Notes: generated by a model from the letters alone, not told the origin. A stretch of 64,000 nucleotides of DNA from an uncultured Hormoscilla sp. (GCA_963921275.4 OZ001293.3:1696001-1760000); one strand, 5' to 3'; positions 21,484-33,332 are shown, numbered from the stretch's first letter. Made by a program: numbers and translations.

Positions 21484-21882
21484 TTAGCTGCCCGGTTTGC
21501 AAACGTTGTAGTCCTCGTGGGACAATACTTTTTGTGGCTCTAGGTTGCTACCTCGATCGCGGCAGATCATCCGGTAATGTCTAGTGATGGGGATGCTGAC
21601 GATCAAGCGGTTGTGCCTCAGTCGCTTGCCACCAAATTCGGTGTAGTTATTGCAATCAGCCAACCCAGCGATGATCTGCCGCGCCTTGACGACTACATGC
21701 TTGGGCAAGGTACTTAAGTCGATGGGATCTTGCTCAAAGGTTGCTTGCCACTCTCTTCTTTGCTCGCGTTTTTGCGCTTGGGTAAGGGCCGCTTTCGCCA
21801 GTGCTACCTTCTCCTGCGCACAACGATGACATTTTTGACCGTACCCTCTATGCCCGCAGGCAAAGGTCTTTTTCCTTCTCAT
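21484..21882 (-). CDS. Hypothetical protein with N-terminal Zn-ribbon-like motif and possible ParE/RelE-like C-terminus
   Basis: CGH...CHRC; ...YRMIC...LSHEDYN. Confidence 0.55.
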   Translation of the reverse strand: MRRKKTFACGHRGYGQKCHRCAQEKVALAKAALTQAQKREQRREWQATFEQDPIDLSTLPKHVVVKARQIIAGLADCNNYTEFGGKRLRHNRLIVSIPITRHYRMICRDRGSNLEPQKVLSHEDYNVCKPGS

Positions 21883-22086
21883 CGCGAAACTCCTTTTGGC
21901 TTAAAATGAAACCCTGACAGCATTGATGATCTCCGATTAGCACTCCATTTCTGGTATGCTGGCCGGAGTAGATTGCAAATGCCATCAATTATTATCAGAT
22001 TAAAACAAAATTATCATTGAATTCAAGGCATCCGATCCCCCAAGGACCAGGTGATTGGGGACCGGCGATCGAGGAATGATAAGCAG

Positions 22087-23703
22087 ATGTCAAAATTTTT
22101 ACCACTACATCTAGTTTCTGCCTTGCTGCTGGGGCTGACTATGGGTTGTCAGAAAGTTCCGCCTGAAAAGACGCGACCAGAACCTTTGCCTCAAGATACT
22201 TGGATTGAGGTACATTTTAATCAGTCCCAGTCTGGGGAGTATACGGAACCTTACCGGGAGGTGAGGCGTGAGGGGGACGACCTGGAACGGCTGATTGTTG
22301 ATACTATTAATCAGGCTCAGTCATCGGTGGATGTGGCAGTGCAGGAGTTGCGTTTGTCGAAAATTGCTCGGGCTTTAGTCTCACGTCACCAAGCTGGGGT
22401 CCAGGTGAGGGTAATCTTGGAAAATACTTACTCTCGCCCTTTGAGTGATATGATGGCTGCAGAAGTGGCGGCCTCGGATGGAGGAGATCGCAACCAGGAA
22501 TACTGGCAGTGGGTAGACCGCGATCGGGACGGAAAGCTTTCGGAAGCGGAAATCAACCAGGGAGATGCTTTGGCGATCTTACGTAATGCTAAGGTTCCCA
22601 CGATCGACGATACTGCTGATGGTTCTGCTGGCAGCGGTTTAATGCATCACAAGTTCGTCATTGTCGATGGTCGGACCTCGATCGTCGGTTCGGCTAATTT
22701 CACTCCTAGTGGCATTCACGGAGATTTTACCGCACCGAACAGTCGTGGCAATACTAATAATCTGCTAAAAATTGAAAGTTACGAGTTGGCACAGTTGTTT
22801 AACCAGGAGTTTAATGTGATGTGGGGAGATGGTCCGGGAGGAAACCCGGATAGTCGGTTTGGTCTGGCAAAAACCTGGCGACCTGTAAAGCAGGTGCAGC
22901 TGGGTGATAGCCTGGTATCAGTGCAGTTTTCCCCCATTTCCCCTACCCAACCTTGGAGTCAAAGCGGTAATGGACTGATTGCTAAAACCTTGGGTACTGC
23001 TAGTAAATCTGTTGACTTGGCCTTATTTGTATTCTCGGAACAGAAGCTGGTAAATGTCTTGGAATCTAACCATCGCCAGGCGGTGGAGATTCGCGCTTTG
23101 ATCGATCCCGGTTTTGCCTGGAGGAGTTACTCTGAAGCATTGGATATGCTGGGAGTGGCGATCGCATCTAACTGTAAGTACGAAGCTGATAACCGTCCCT
23201 GGGCAAGTCCGATCGCCACTGTGGGGGTACCGATTATGCCTCCGGGAGACAAGCTACATCATAAGTTTGCGGTGATCGATGGAGAAACTGTAATTACAGG
23301 TTCTCATAACTGGTCGCCAGCGGCTAATCATAATAATGACGAGACCCTATTGGTGATTAAGAATCCGACAGTAGCGGCTCATTTTGTCCGGGAATTTAAC
23401 CGACTTTATACTGATGCCCAGCTAGGGGTTCCCGCTAGACTCCAGCGTCAACTTCTGGCCCAAGAGCAAGAATGTCCTCAGATAACTACCCCATCTAACT
23501 ATAACTTAACTGGGCAGAAAGTCAACCTCAACACTGCGACCCAAGCAGAATTAGAAACTTTACCGGGTGTTGGTCCGAAATTGGCACAGCGAATTATCGA
23601 GGCGCGACAGCAGAAACCGTTTACTTCTCTAGAAGACTTGGACAATGTATCAGGAATTGGTCCCAAGATGTTAGAGAGATTGGAAAGTCGCGTTACTTGG
23701 TAA
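22087..23703 (+). CDS. Phospholipase D-like nuclease with ComEA helix-hairpin-helix domain (ComA-like competence protein)
   Basis: Two HHKFxxxD motifs; C-terminal VNLNTATQAELETLPGVGPKLA; lipoprotein signal. Confidence 0.88.
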   Translation: MSKFLPLHLVSALLLGLTMGCQKVPPEKTRPEPLPQDTWIEVHFNQSQSGEYTEPYREVRREGDDLERLIVDTINQAQSSVDVAVQELRLSKIARALVSRHQAGVQVRVILENTYSRPLSDMMAAEVAASDGGDRNQEYWQWVDRDRDGKLSEAEINQGDALAILRNAKVPTIDDTADGSAGSGLMHHKFVIVDGRTSIVGSANFTPSGIHGDFTAPNSRGNTNNLLKIESYELAQLFNQEFNVMWGDGPGGNPDSRFGLAKTWRPVKQVQLGDSLVSVQFSPISPTQPWSQSGNGLIAKTLGTASKSVDLALFVFSEQKLVNVLESNHRQAVEIRALIDPGFAWRSYSEALDMLGVAIASNCKYEADNRPWASPIATVGVPIMPPGDKLHHKFAVIDGETVITGSHNWSPAANHNNDETLLVIKNPTVAAHFVREFNRLYTDAQLGVPARLQRQLLAQEQECPQITTPSNYNLTGQKVNLNTATQAELETLPGVGPKLAQRIIEARQQKPFTSLEDLDNVSGIGPKMLERLESRVTW

Positions 23704-23846
23704 ACATAGTAGAGGATATTTTTGCTCATGATTACCAAGTAAATGACAGAAAGCTGGACAAGTCTCTAGCTTCAAAAATCGGAAAAAGCCTCCCCTGGCG
23801 GCGATCTTCTGAGCAAGAACGAACGGAATGTTATAATCTATCCATT

Positions 23847-24230
23847 ATGGCTGAACTAACCATTCAAGTGCCAGATGAACTGGCTCAACGCTTACAACCT
23901 CTCGAAAGTCGCTTGCCCAATTTGCTTAGTTAGCTAGTAGACACAGTTTACCCTAGGGAGTCTGCGGCTGAGTTGCTTCTAGCAGTTGCTAGTCCCACTG
24001 ACGTACCGCCAGTTTATACGGAAGTTATTGATTTTTTAATCAATGGTCCTAGTCCTGAATAAATTGCTGCCTTCAAGGTTTCTTCGATGTCTCTGGGGTA
24101 GTGCGGGTAGCGCGTCCCCTCTGAGGGACATCGAAAGCAGCACAAGGGCGTTTGCGATCGCTACTGGAGAAAACCCGGGAAGCAACTCTTGAGCGAAACT
24201 GAAATAGCCGAACTAGATCTGTACGAACAG
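23847..24230 (+). pseudogene. Small antitoxin-like hypothetical gene disrupted by stops, a palindromic repeat and a MITE
   Basis: MAELTIQVPDELAQRLQP...EVIDFL; internal stops. Confidence 0.5.
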
Positions 24231-24433
24231 CTAGAGCGTCGGTCCAGTAGAGGGGGTTGACAAAAAAAGAAAATGTGTATATGCCCGCTCGCGCGTTCAG
24301 TAGAACAGATTTGGATAAAATCATGATGTCCAGAGGGAGTGAAAGCCAGATATTTTTACGATAATATACTTATTTTTCGGACATACACAGTAGTTGAAAT
24401 TTGTCAAGTATTATTAATGGACCGACGCTCTAG
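24231..24433. mobile_element. MITE family A
   Basis: CTAGAGCGTCGGTCCA...TGGACCGACGCTCTAG. Confidence 0.85.
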
Positions 24434-24484
24434 ATAGACTGATAATTTTACTCAAAGCTCGATTCTACAGTAGAGGAAAGGAAA

Positions 24485-25042
24485 ATGGCTAAAGGAGAAG
24501 AAATGCTCTTTCTAACTATCGATCAGTTAACATTAATGCCCATGACAGCAGAAGCGATGGAAGACATTTTGAAAAGAACGTCTAAAGGCAAACCATTGAT
24601 GCTCAGAGCGGCTGACGGATGGCCGTCTTCTCATTTATTGGCAGCGCTGCAAACCTTTTCCAAGAAGTTGAAAAAGGATCCTTCTACCTTAGGTTGGTAC
24701 GTTTAGACAGTTACCCATCCGAACACAGGTATTATTGGGGAAGTTAGTTTTGGCGGTAAACCAGACTCTAGAGGCCAAATTACGATGAAATACGAAATCG
24801 TTCCTGAATACCGTTGTCAAGGGTATGGGACTGAAGCTGTATCCGCAGTGGTAAAATGGGCGTTTGATAAAATTGCCGTCAAGGGAATTGTCGCCTATTG
24901 TCCTGAAGAAAATATGCCCTCGGTGAAAATTTTGACCCGTCTGGGAATGCAACGGGTCGAATAGGTTGAAGAACCAGAAATCCCCAATTCACAAGTATGG
25001 AAATGGGAGATAACCAGACAAGAATACCGTATGCTGAATTAA
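24485..25042 (+). pseudogene. GNAT (RimJ/RimL-like) acetyltransferase
   Basis: EYRCQGYGTEAV and NMPSVKILTRLGM in frame after a premature stop at 24706. Confidence 0.7.
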
Positions 25043-25090
25043 TTGGGAAAATCAAGATGTGAAAATGAGTCGTTATTTGCGATCCAAGTC

Positions 25091-25618
25091 ATGACTAAAC
25101 TAGAAATAGACTTCAAGTGTAATCTCCTCCTGAATGTAAGCCGAGAACACAGATTAGAAGCAGAACGCAGGGCGACACAGATTTTCGTGCTAGCATTGTT
25201 GGAGATGGGCTCCCTTAATGTTGAAAAAGCGGCAGAAATGTTGGCAATAGATCGTCATGAAGTTGTTCAGATGGCAATCTATCTGGGTATTTCCACTAGA
25301 GAAATTGACTCAATGCGACTGTCAATAGATCCAGAGGCGATCGCCTACACCCTGAAAGAAGAGCCAAAGATGTTTAAAACACGTTTTGGCCTGGACAGAG
25401 AGGCGATCGCTTACACAAACCGTCAGGCTAATCTGTTTGAGCAGATGCGATCGGATTTATTAGAGGAATATGAGGGTAAGTGGGTGTTTTTTGAAGATGG
25501 CAAAGTCCTGGATGCGGACTTTGATCGTCATGCTTTGCTGAGTCGAGTTTATCAGACGAGGGGGAACCAACCCGTGTTTATTACCAAACTGCTTCCCAAA
25601 AGCCACAACAGATGGTAA
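25091..25618 (+). CDS. UPF0175-like HTH fused to a DUF5678-like domain
   Basis: LNVEKAAEMLAID; LLEEYEGKWVFFEDGKVLDAD. Confidence 0.6.
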   Translation: MTKLEIDFKCNLLLNVSREHRLEAERRATQIFVLALLEMGSLNVEKAAEMLAIDRHEVVQMAIYLGISTREIDSMRLSIDPEAIAYTLKEEPKMFKTRFGLDREAIAYTNRQANLFEQMRSDLLEEYEGKWVFFEDGKVLDADFDRHALLSRVYQTRGNQPVFITKLLPKSHNRW

Positions 25619-25650
25619 AAGTTCATAGTAGCTCTCCTGATTAATTAACT

Positions 25651-26046
25651 GTGACCACATACAGCTACACATTTGTCTCGCCCAACATCCCGCCAATTCC
25701 TCTGATTGCTGTTCAACTAACAACCCCTGAATCGTCTGCGGTTTTGGTTAATTGCCAAGGTATTCTAGATACGGGGTCTGATGTTACTTTAGTACCGCTG
25801 CCATTATTGGTGCGGGTTAATGCTGAGGTGGCGGCACGGGCAATTCGCATTCCCTTTAGCGGGACTGTGACATTAGGCATTTCTTACGATGTCGGTCTGA
25901 TTTTGGATAGATATATTTATGAAAAAATCAGAGTCTTTGGCTGTCCAGTTGACGAGGTGAACGAATCCCTGATAATTGGTCGCGATCTGATGAATCAACA
26001 TAACATAGAGTTTGACGGTCTTAACCTGACCTTTACTATTTTTTGA
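25651..26046 (+). CDS. Retropepsin-like (clan AA) aspartic protease
   Basis: ILDTGS and IIGRDLM motifs. Confidence 0.8.
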   Translation: MTTYSYTFVSPNIPPIPLIAVQLTTPESSAVLVNCQGILDTGSDVTLVPLPLLVRVNAEVAARAIRIPFSGTVTLGISYDVGLILDRYIYEKIRVFGCPVDEVNESLIIGRDLMNQHNIEFDGLNLTFTIF

Positions 26047-26225
26047 ATAGGACAGATCGCAGCTATACTGATAATTAGTGAAGTATTACTGACGACAATC
26101 ATTACCAACCCATTTCTGCAATTGTTTTGAAGTCTTCTCTAAACTTTTTGACTCCATAATGGATGGGAATTCGACGGCTACCTAGCAAGCGCAGGAATTG
26201 GAGTTGATTCATTAAAGATATTACC

Positions 26226-27125
26226 TTGAACTGGATTCTGATCGACCATGTGGCGGGGCTGATATATTTTCACATTCGGGATGTGTATTTAGGAAACAAA
26301 CAGATCCATTTTCCATTACAATTCTTTTTACAAGAACCGCTTATCTGGCTGGATTTGATCGATCGGTTTCAGGTTAGCATCGCCTTCGGTCCGAATTTTG
26401 CCTATAGCTTGGTCAATGACTGTGTAGAAGCGAACCCACAACGGCAGTGGGATTTATCGTCAATGAAATTCTTCTTGAACGGCGCTGAAGCCATTGTGGC
26501 GAAAACAGCGCGGCGTTTTTTGCAACTCCTGGCCCCTCACGGACTGGCTGATGATTTGTTTGTGGAAGTCGGGTCGCCAATTCCCGGAGTTGACCTGCGG
26601 ATTGTAGATGACCGAAACCAGGTAGTTGCAGAGGGAGAGATTGGCGCATTATAGGTTAAGGGGTTAACGGTAACCTCTGGTTATTATCAGAATCAGGAGG
26701 CTAACCAACAGGCTTTCACTGAGGATGGATGGTTCAACACGGGAGACTTGGGGTTTCTCAAAGATGGGCGTTTAACCATTACCGGGCGGGAAAAAGATAC
26801 AATTATTATTTACGGCGAAAACTATTATAGCCATGATATCGAAGTTGTCGTGGAAGAAGTTGAAGGGGTTGAAGTATCTTATACCGCTGCCTATGCAGTC
26901 AGAGAACCTGGGGACAATACCGATCGATTGGCAGTCTTTTTCAGTGCCACTGATACTGAATATTTTTCCTTAAACGTACTGATGCAGAAATTCGGAACAA
27001 CGTTGTCGAAAGGATTGGAGTGAGTCCAGATTACCTGATTCCGGTCCCCAAAGAGGCGATTCCGAAAACCGCGATCGGCAAAATTCAGCGCCAGGAACTC
27101 AGAAAAAATTTTGAAGCGGGTGGGT
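26226..27125 (+). pseudogene. Fatty acyl-AMP ligase fragment
   Basis: [35 protein letters not shown]; truncated, internal deletion, stop, frameshift. Confidence 0.8.
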
Positions 27126-27253
27126 TCGATCTCCGTTCGTAGTAAGGACTTTAGTCCTTGCCGATCGCCCTCTATTCTCAGGTTTGTAGTCAGGACTTTA
27201 GTCCTTGCGATCGCCCTTAGATAAGCGCTCAAGAGGTGCATCCTAAAATAAAA

Positions 27254-27805
27254 CTAAGCAGAAATACTCAGGAGAGAGGAATTATTAAGGTAAGCACATC
27301 GAAGACGGAGAATGCGAGGAACATTATCACGCTTCCAACGAGCACCAGAAAGTTTGACACGGGCAGCAACCTGTTTGATTTTGGACTCAACAGAACCCGA
27401 ACCGATAGTAATGCCCAATTGCCGATATTGGTGATAACAAGGAATGCGGTGGCGATGTTTACTTAGATAAGTTTGAAAATTGCGGGCGCGTTTATTCTTG
27501 AGGGCATCAAATTCAGCCATGGCCCTATCAACCCATCCATGCCAGAGAAAGTTTTCCACCCGCGCTAGACGTTGGAGCGACCCGCCAACCTTATAAAGAT
27601 TTTCCATCAAATGGAACCAATCTAAAACCTCACGCTTCAGGATGGGACGTTTTCCTCCTAGACTCTCGAATACATTCCAGACTCCTGGATGTCCATCTCC
27701 CAAACAAGTAAGAAGCCAATCGAAGGGTTGTTTTTCGCTCCATTGTTCCAAAGCATACGGGTCTTGGAAAAAGGCTTCGCAGACTTCACTATGCAGGTTC
27801 ACTAA
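27254..27805 (-). mobile_element. ISKra4-like transposase C-terminal fragment
   Basis: CLGDGHPGVWN, LDWFHL.ENL, IGSGSVESKIKQ, GARW. Confidence 0.75.
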
Positions 27806-27809
27806 CTTA

Positions 27810-28313
27810 GGGATTACCAAAAAATAAATTATCCAAAGCTTGGGGTAAATCCCAGATTATGTAGTAGAATAAGTTTAACGCAATAATCAGCAAGGTTTAC
27901 ACACATGGAATTAACTGATTCTTTAAAAAAATTATTGATTGAAGCCCAAAAACAATTGAAAGGCTCTGCTCGGCGGCGTTTTATGGCCCTCACGGTTAAG
28001 GAGCTGGGAACAGGTGGTCAGAATATTGCCGTTCATAGAACTCGGATGGAATCGAGGTACCATCCGTAAAGGAATTCGTGAATTAGATAGTGGTATAACT
28101 TGTGTCGATAACTATCCGAGGACGCAAGAAGATAGAAGAACATCTTCCCAATCTATTAGTCGATCTCAAAGCAATCGTAGATGGTCAGAGCCAAATCGAT
28201 CCTGACTTTAAAAGTAACCGTCTGTATAGCCGCTGTTGCCGAAGTGAGACAACAAATGCTCGAACAAAAAAATTATACTTCGTCAGAATTGCCGGAAACG
28301 ATTCGCAATCTCC
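27810..28313 (+). mobile_element. ISAzo13-like transposase N-terminal remnant
   Basis: MELTDSLKKLLIE...ARRRFMA...LGWNRGTIRKG..EL...QIDPDFKS, frameshifted. Confidence 0.7.
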
Positions 28314-30627
28314 TTAATCGATTAGGCGTCCCAGCTTAACTTGTTCCCTACCCAACTGCCCAGCCGCGATCGCCACTAGATCTGCTGCTTGTAGGTTTTG
28401 GGCGATATTCAAGGATTGCTGAGTTAGGTCTATTGCCTCGGACGACTGACCATTTTGGGCGTATAGCTGCCCCCACTTGGCTAATGCTTGGGCTTCCGCG
28501 CGGCCATCTTTGATAGTTTGAGCCGATCGCGTAGCGTGCGCACAGCGCAATCGCACCGCTGCTGCCAGCAACCTATTGGTAGCCGACCAATCGATCTGCT
28601 GTCCCTGGCGTTCCATGTACAGTAAGCTTTCGGCAAAGTACACAATGTTCTCTATTGCCATGCGACTAGGTGGCAGTGAGAATAGTTGGCTTTGTAATTT
28701 CCTGACTATGGTGCTTGCCTCCTGCCACTGTTTTAATTTTACATAAACTCTCAGTTGATTTAGTTCAGCTAACCGTCGATCTTCAGGATTCATTGCCGCT
28801 TGTTCGGCCCGTTGAAAATACTCCAATGCCCGGTCTGTTTCCTGTAGATATACGGCTGCATTGCCTAAACTCAACAGCGTCCTACTGACTTCTGCTGTCG
28901 CCCCAATCCCCTGGGCCACTTGCCAACTTTTTGTTAAGATCTCCTGACTTGCTTTAATCTTGCCCACCACTTGCAAGGCTATTGACAAACTCCGCAACCC
29001 ACTCACCTTAACTATCGAATCTGGCATATCGTCCATTTGTGCTGCCGCTGAGAGCAATTGGCCCTCGGCGCGGCGATAAAATCCCAAGCTTTGTAATGCC
29101 CTCGCTTGATTGATCCTACTTCCCAATACCCCCGTTTCATCTGCTGCTTCCCGATATAATGATTCGGCTCGTTTCCAAGTCTCCAGGGCCTCTTCAGCTT
29201 TTCCCCTTGCTAAGAGTATACTCCCTTGGCTATTCAAGGCTTGGGCTAGTACGATCGCCTCTACTTCTGCTTTGCCTGATCGCAGGATTTCTATGCTTGC
29301 TGCTACCGCTGAAGACGCTGCATCCCACTGACCCAATTCTTGATAAGCTATAGATATATAACTCAAGTTGCGACCTATAAAAATTGGATACAAAAAGCTA
29401 TGATAAAGAGAATTATTTTCAACTCTAATCCCTTAGATGTAACAGCATGAATTGACTTGGGAAACAAATTGGTGATTCGACTAAAACAGGTTTCAACTTG
29501 TTTTCTTGTTACTTTTTGTATATATTCAAAACAAGAATATTCTTTTCTTTTTGAGTTCTTTTTTCGCAAAGGTTTTAACATTATACTTGACGAGTCTTTT
29601 AGTAAATCCTCTAATTGATAATCATTATAAGCTTTATCTCCATAAACTATTGAATTTGATGGTAAGTCAAAGCCAAAAGATTGCAAAACTTTAACATCAT
29701 TATAACTACCAGGATCTAGATAAAATTCTATTGGCTTTCCATTTTTGTTTACCAACATATGAACTCTTAATCCATAAAAATAACGTTTTTTACTGGCAAT
29801 ATACCCTCGATATTCTTCCTTGTTATAAATTTGGCATCTATCAATCCTAATATTATCACATACTGGCACCGGGAAACTATCAAGAATATATTCTTGACCC
29901 GGATTGAGCTCTTTAAATGTTTGAGCTATAACTTGGAAGAAAAACATCCAAATTGGTTCCTCAATATTGTGTAATCGACGATTGAACCTACTTTTACTTA
30001 ACAGATTTTTTATATACTTGTGTTGGACCATAAATTGACAAGAGCGATCGTGGTGTCCTCCGAAAAAATATGCAGCAACTAATCCGACTGTCATCACTTC
30101 GGCATTGTTCATTTTTACTTGTGGATCTTTTTTTATATTTAACGCTTTTAGTAGCTCGTCACAAAGAACAAAAATTGTTGTAATCATATCTTCCATCATC
30201 TACATCCCCCAGCAATTAACTATTATTTTAGTACATTATAACCTATAAACAGCCAACCCGCCGTCTAGCACAAAAAAAATATAATTTTGTATCAAAAGCT
30301 ACGAAATATTCCAAATATCTGTAAAGTCTAAGTGGGTAATTCATATTTTTTTTAATAGGTCGCAACTTAGGTTATATAGATCAAGCTCAGAGCCCGATTT
30401 TCCCGATCGCCTTTTGCCCCGTAGGTTTGGGCAGCTGCTTGCCAAGCTGTTGCTGCTTCGGCGAAACGTCCAGCTTGATAAAAGCTTCTACCTGCCTGCA
30501 CGCGATCGCCCCTTCTCACCGACAGGTCATCAATCCTCGGGGCTTCCTGGGACACTCCCACTGCCGGGGTCATTCCCATTGTCATCGCGATCGCTCCTAA
30601 TCCTAATAATACTGTTAACTTATTCAT
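28314..30627 (-). pseudogene. Secreted TPR (CHAT-associated type) protein interrupted by IS982 and truncated by the ISAzo13 remnant
   Basis: Removing the IS plus one TATATA copy rejoins ...RALSLIY-ISIAYQEL in frame; TPR helices. Confidence 0.8.
29361..30372 (-). mobile_element. Intact IS982-family element (transposase 29375-30199)
   Basis: 274-aa ORF with LDSFPVPVC, YFYGLRVH, GDKAY, RKQVET; TIRs ACTCAAGTTGCGACCTAT / ATAGGTCGCAACTTAGGT; TATATA duplication. Confidence 0.93.
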
Positions 30628-30836
30628 TTGCCTAACAAACAATTTTCTCTTCTCAACCTTCTTGCTAGTAACATCCCCTAACACCACCCCACATCTGGGA
30701 GCAACGATAATCCATGCACGTTGCAAATGAAAAATTGCGTATACGCAGTGCGCGTATCGCTATGAAAAATGGAGCAATTCTCAATTTTTCATTCCCAATT
30801 TTCCATTTTCAATTCACCAGATGCACTCCATCATCT

Positions 30837-31202
30837 TTATAACTTTTCAATCGTGACCAATCCACCTTCTGTGAACTGCACTACAAGTTCATAGTCTGAC
30901 AAGAGGGCAGTTCCAATCAGGGGGCGAGACCCTGTAGCAAAAACGCGAACTTCTTGCTCTTCTCCATCCCAGAGAATAGTAGCTTCATGTACGGGCAATC
31001 TAACTTCACTGTTGTCTGCCAGATTTGCAGACATCTCATACAGAAAAGGCAAGTTTAATAATGCAACTGCCTCTGGTGGCAAGCAGAGAGCATCCGTAAA
31101 ACCTGTATCTATGACAAACTCAATCGCCATGTCTGGTCTATCGAAAAGGCGAAGCACGATAGTAACCCTTGCATATCCATCAATGACAATTCCAGATATC
31201 AC
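30837..31202 (-). CDS. Clan AA aspartic protease
   Basis: VIDTGF and PLIGTALL motifs. Confidence 0.85.
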   Translation of the reverse strand: MISGIVIDGYARVTIVLRLFDRPDMAIEFVIDTGFTDALCLPPEAVALLNLPFLYEMSANLADNSEVRLPVHEATILWDGEEQEVRVFATGSRPLIGTALLSDYELVVQFTEGGLVTIEKL

Positions 31203-31474
31203 TTATAAGTCTTCTCCATAATCCCACCACCAAAAGAAGCAGCAACATTGTAACCAATTTTGATCCCGAATAGTCGAGCGTAGGGATTTTTTTTGCGCAA
31301 ATATCGTGCCGAAGGCAACCCAGTTTTGTCAACCCCGTATTCCCCTGTTTCTATATCAATTATCACCATCTTACCGATATTTTCTTCTCGCTCTACCGAC
31401 CCACGAATTTTATTGTCGTATAACTCTTTCGCTCGCCTTGCAACTTCTGCGCTACTTAATAATATCGCTTCCAT
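31199..31474 (-). CDS. Small DUF5678-like protein coupled to the protease
   Basis: AKELY...NIGKMVIIDIETGEYGVD; GTGA overlap with the protease start. Confidence 0.65.
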   Translation of the reverse strand: MEAILLSSAEVARRAKELYDNKIRGSVEREENIGKMVIIDIETGEYGVDKTGLPSARYLRKKNPYARLFGIKIGYNVAASFGGGIMEKTYK

Positions 31475-31702
31475 AGTCTTGCTCCTTTCTAACTGCTGAA
31501 ATCTCTCTATTCTACCTCAATCTCAAATTATTGTATCATGAGATACTTCCTATTTCGCTTATCTCCATATATTTGCGCAGAAAATGCGAATCATAAGTGC
31601 CCGTAGCGCTAGCTGTTGCTGCTTGGGCGAATAGCTGGCTGCGATCGCCTGTTCCCACCGGTAGTCACACGATCGCCGGTACTTCCAATTCATCTGCGCT
31701 AG

Positions 31703-31910
31703 CTAGAGCGTCGGTCCAGTAGAAGTCGTTGACAAAAAAAAGAAAATGTGCATCTACTAAAATTGGTAGCGTCAATAACAATTTTGAGCCTTCGGAGCGA
31801 GTTCCCACAGGGCCATGAGTGAGGAACGGGAGACGAGCAGAAGAACGATTTTCCGATCTCAGCACAGATTGTTAAATTTGTCAAGCATTATTAATGGATC
31901 GATGCTCTAG
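31703..31910. mobile_element. MITE family A
   Basis: Same TIRs as 24231-24433. Confidence 0.85.
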
Positions 31911-32039
31911 CGTGAGAGAAGCTGTCCCCAGGGGAGTCCCTAACAGTTTAACTTCCACATGATTTACTCTATCATGTTTTCTCCAGCCACGCCAACTTTA
32001 CGAGCAAATGTGAAAAACTTGGGAAGAATGCAGATTTTT

Positions 32040-33307
32040 TTAATTGTCTCGTAGGGTATTCGAGGGAGTTCCATTACATCTGACCATCCCAGCTTGCATT
32101 TGGGCCTGATGCACCTGCGGGTCAAACACCAATTCTATTGTACCATCATCGCGTACTATCCAACGGTTTGCCTCTACTATCGCCCTTGAGTTATATCCCA
32201 TAGATTCTACTTCCCGGGACTGTATGTTTGTGCCCCGAAATGCTCCTATCTCCCGTAAATCTGCCCAGGGCCGATCGCTCCTGAGTACCTGGGAAGGGTT
32301 GGCAGCACGCGCTCCCCTGTGATGGTAATCGTTCCTCCCCGATCCGAAGCCCCTTCTTCAACATTGGCTTCAATCTCTGTAATGTAATTGGGGGATTCTT
32401 TATTTATTTCTACTTCTGTCGCCCTATATATCTCGACTCCCCCTCCATTTTTTGCTCCTTCTGTATTTCTGTAGATCCTCGAACCACTTTGCAAGGATAC
32501 GCGATCGCCTTGCAGTTGCACCGTTCCCGCACCTTCTCCACTCACATCTATGAAAGCATCGTTGCGCAGCTCTATATTTCCCATTTTTCCCACGGTTGGT
32601 TGGGTCTCTAATGTTAATTGACCGTTCTTTGAGGAAATGGAGATCGTCCCAGAAGAGGCCGCCGTTAATTCTACCCTTCCCTCTGGAGCAACGCTCGCAC
32701 CTCCTTCATATGTAATATCTTTTCCCACTAAAGCCAGGGTTTGTCCTCTGTTCGCGTTGAGTCCCTCTGTCGAGCTATTAACAATATTTCCGGGGTTGGG
32801 GCCTAATTGCAAGCCGACAGGAACGCTAATGGTTAATAATGGTTGTGACTGCGGTGCAGTTGCACTGTAGAAACTGCCATCTTCAAATAGCAAGCTGTTG
32901 GCGCTACTGCCAAAAAAGGAACCGCCGATATCCAATCGGGCGTTCGGTCCAAATATAATCCCACTGGGATTGAGTAAAAATAGATTGGCACTGCCATTGG
33001 CCCGAATTAATCCATCAATGTTGGAAATATTCCCACCCGTGACCCGGGTGAGGATGTTGTCTATACTGGTAGCATTGTTGAAAAATGCTTCACTGCCGGT
33101 GGGGACGGAAAATTCCGAGAAACTATGAAACAGGTTGCTACCTGCTGTAGTTCCCCCTTCTATCTTTACCACATTAGAGTTGGGGGTAACAATGTAATTG
33201 TTGGGCAACGTGGCATCCGGCACTATTTGCGCCTGTCCAACCGGTGTGAACGCTACCGATAGCAGCAAAGCGCTTGTAACTGTTGAAGTTTTATAGAGGT
33301 GTTTCAT
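32040..33307 (-). pseudogene. Filamentous haemagglutinin (TpsA) family protein with internal deletion
   Basis: [17 protein letters not shown] haemagglutination domain joined out of frame near 32310 to the family C-terminus (VLRSDRPWADLR...IVEANRWIV). Confidence 0.8.
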
Positions 33308-33332
33308 GGTACATTTAGAAAGGCGTGCCTCT

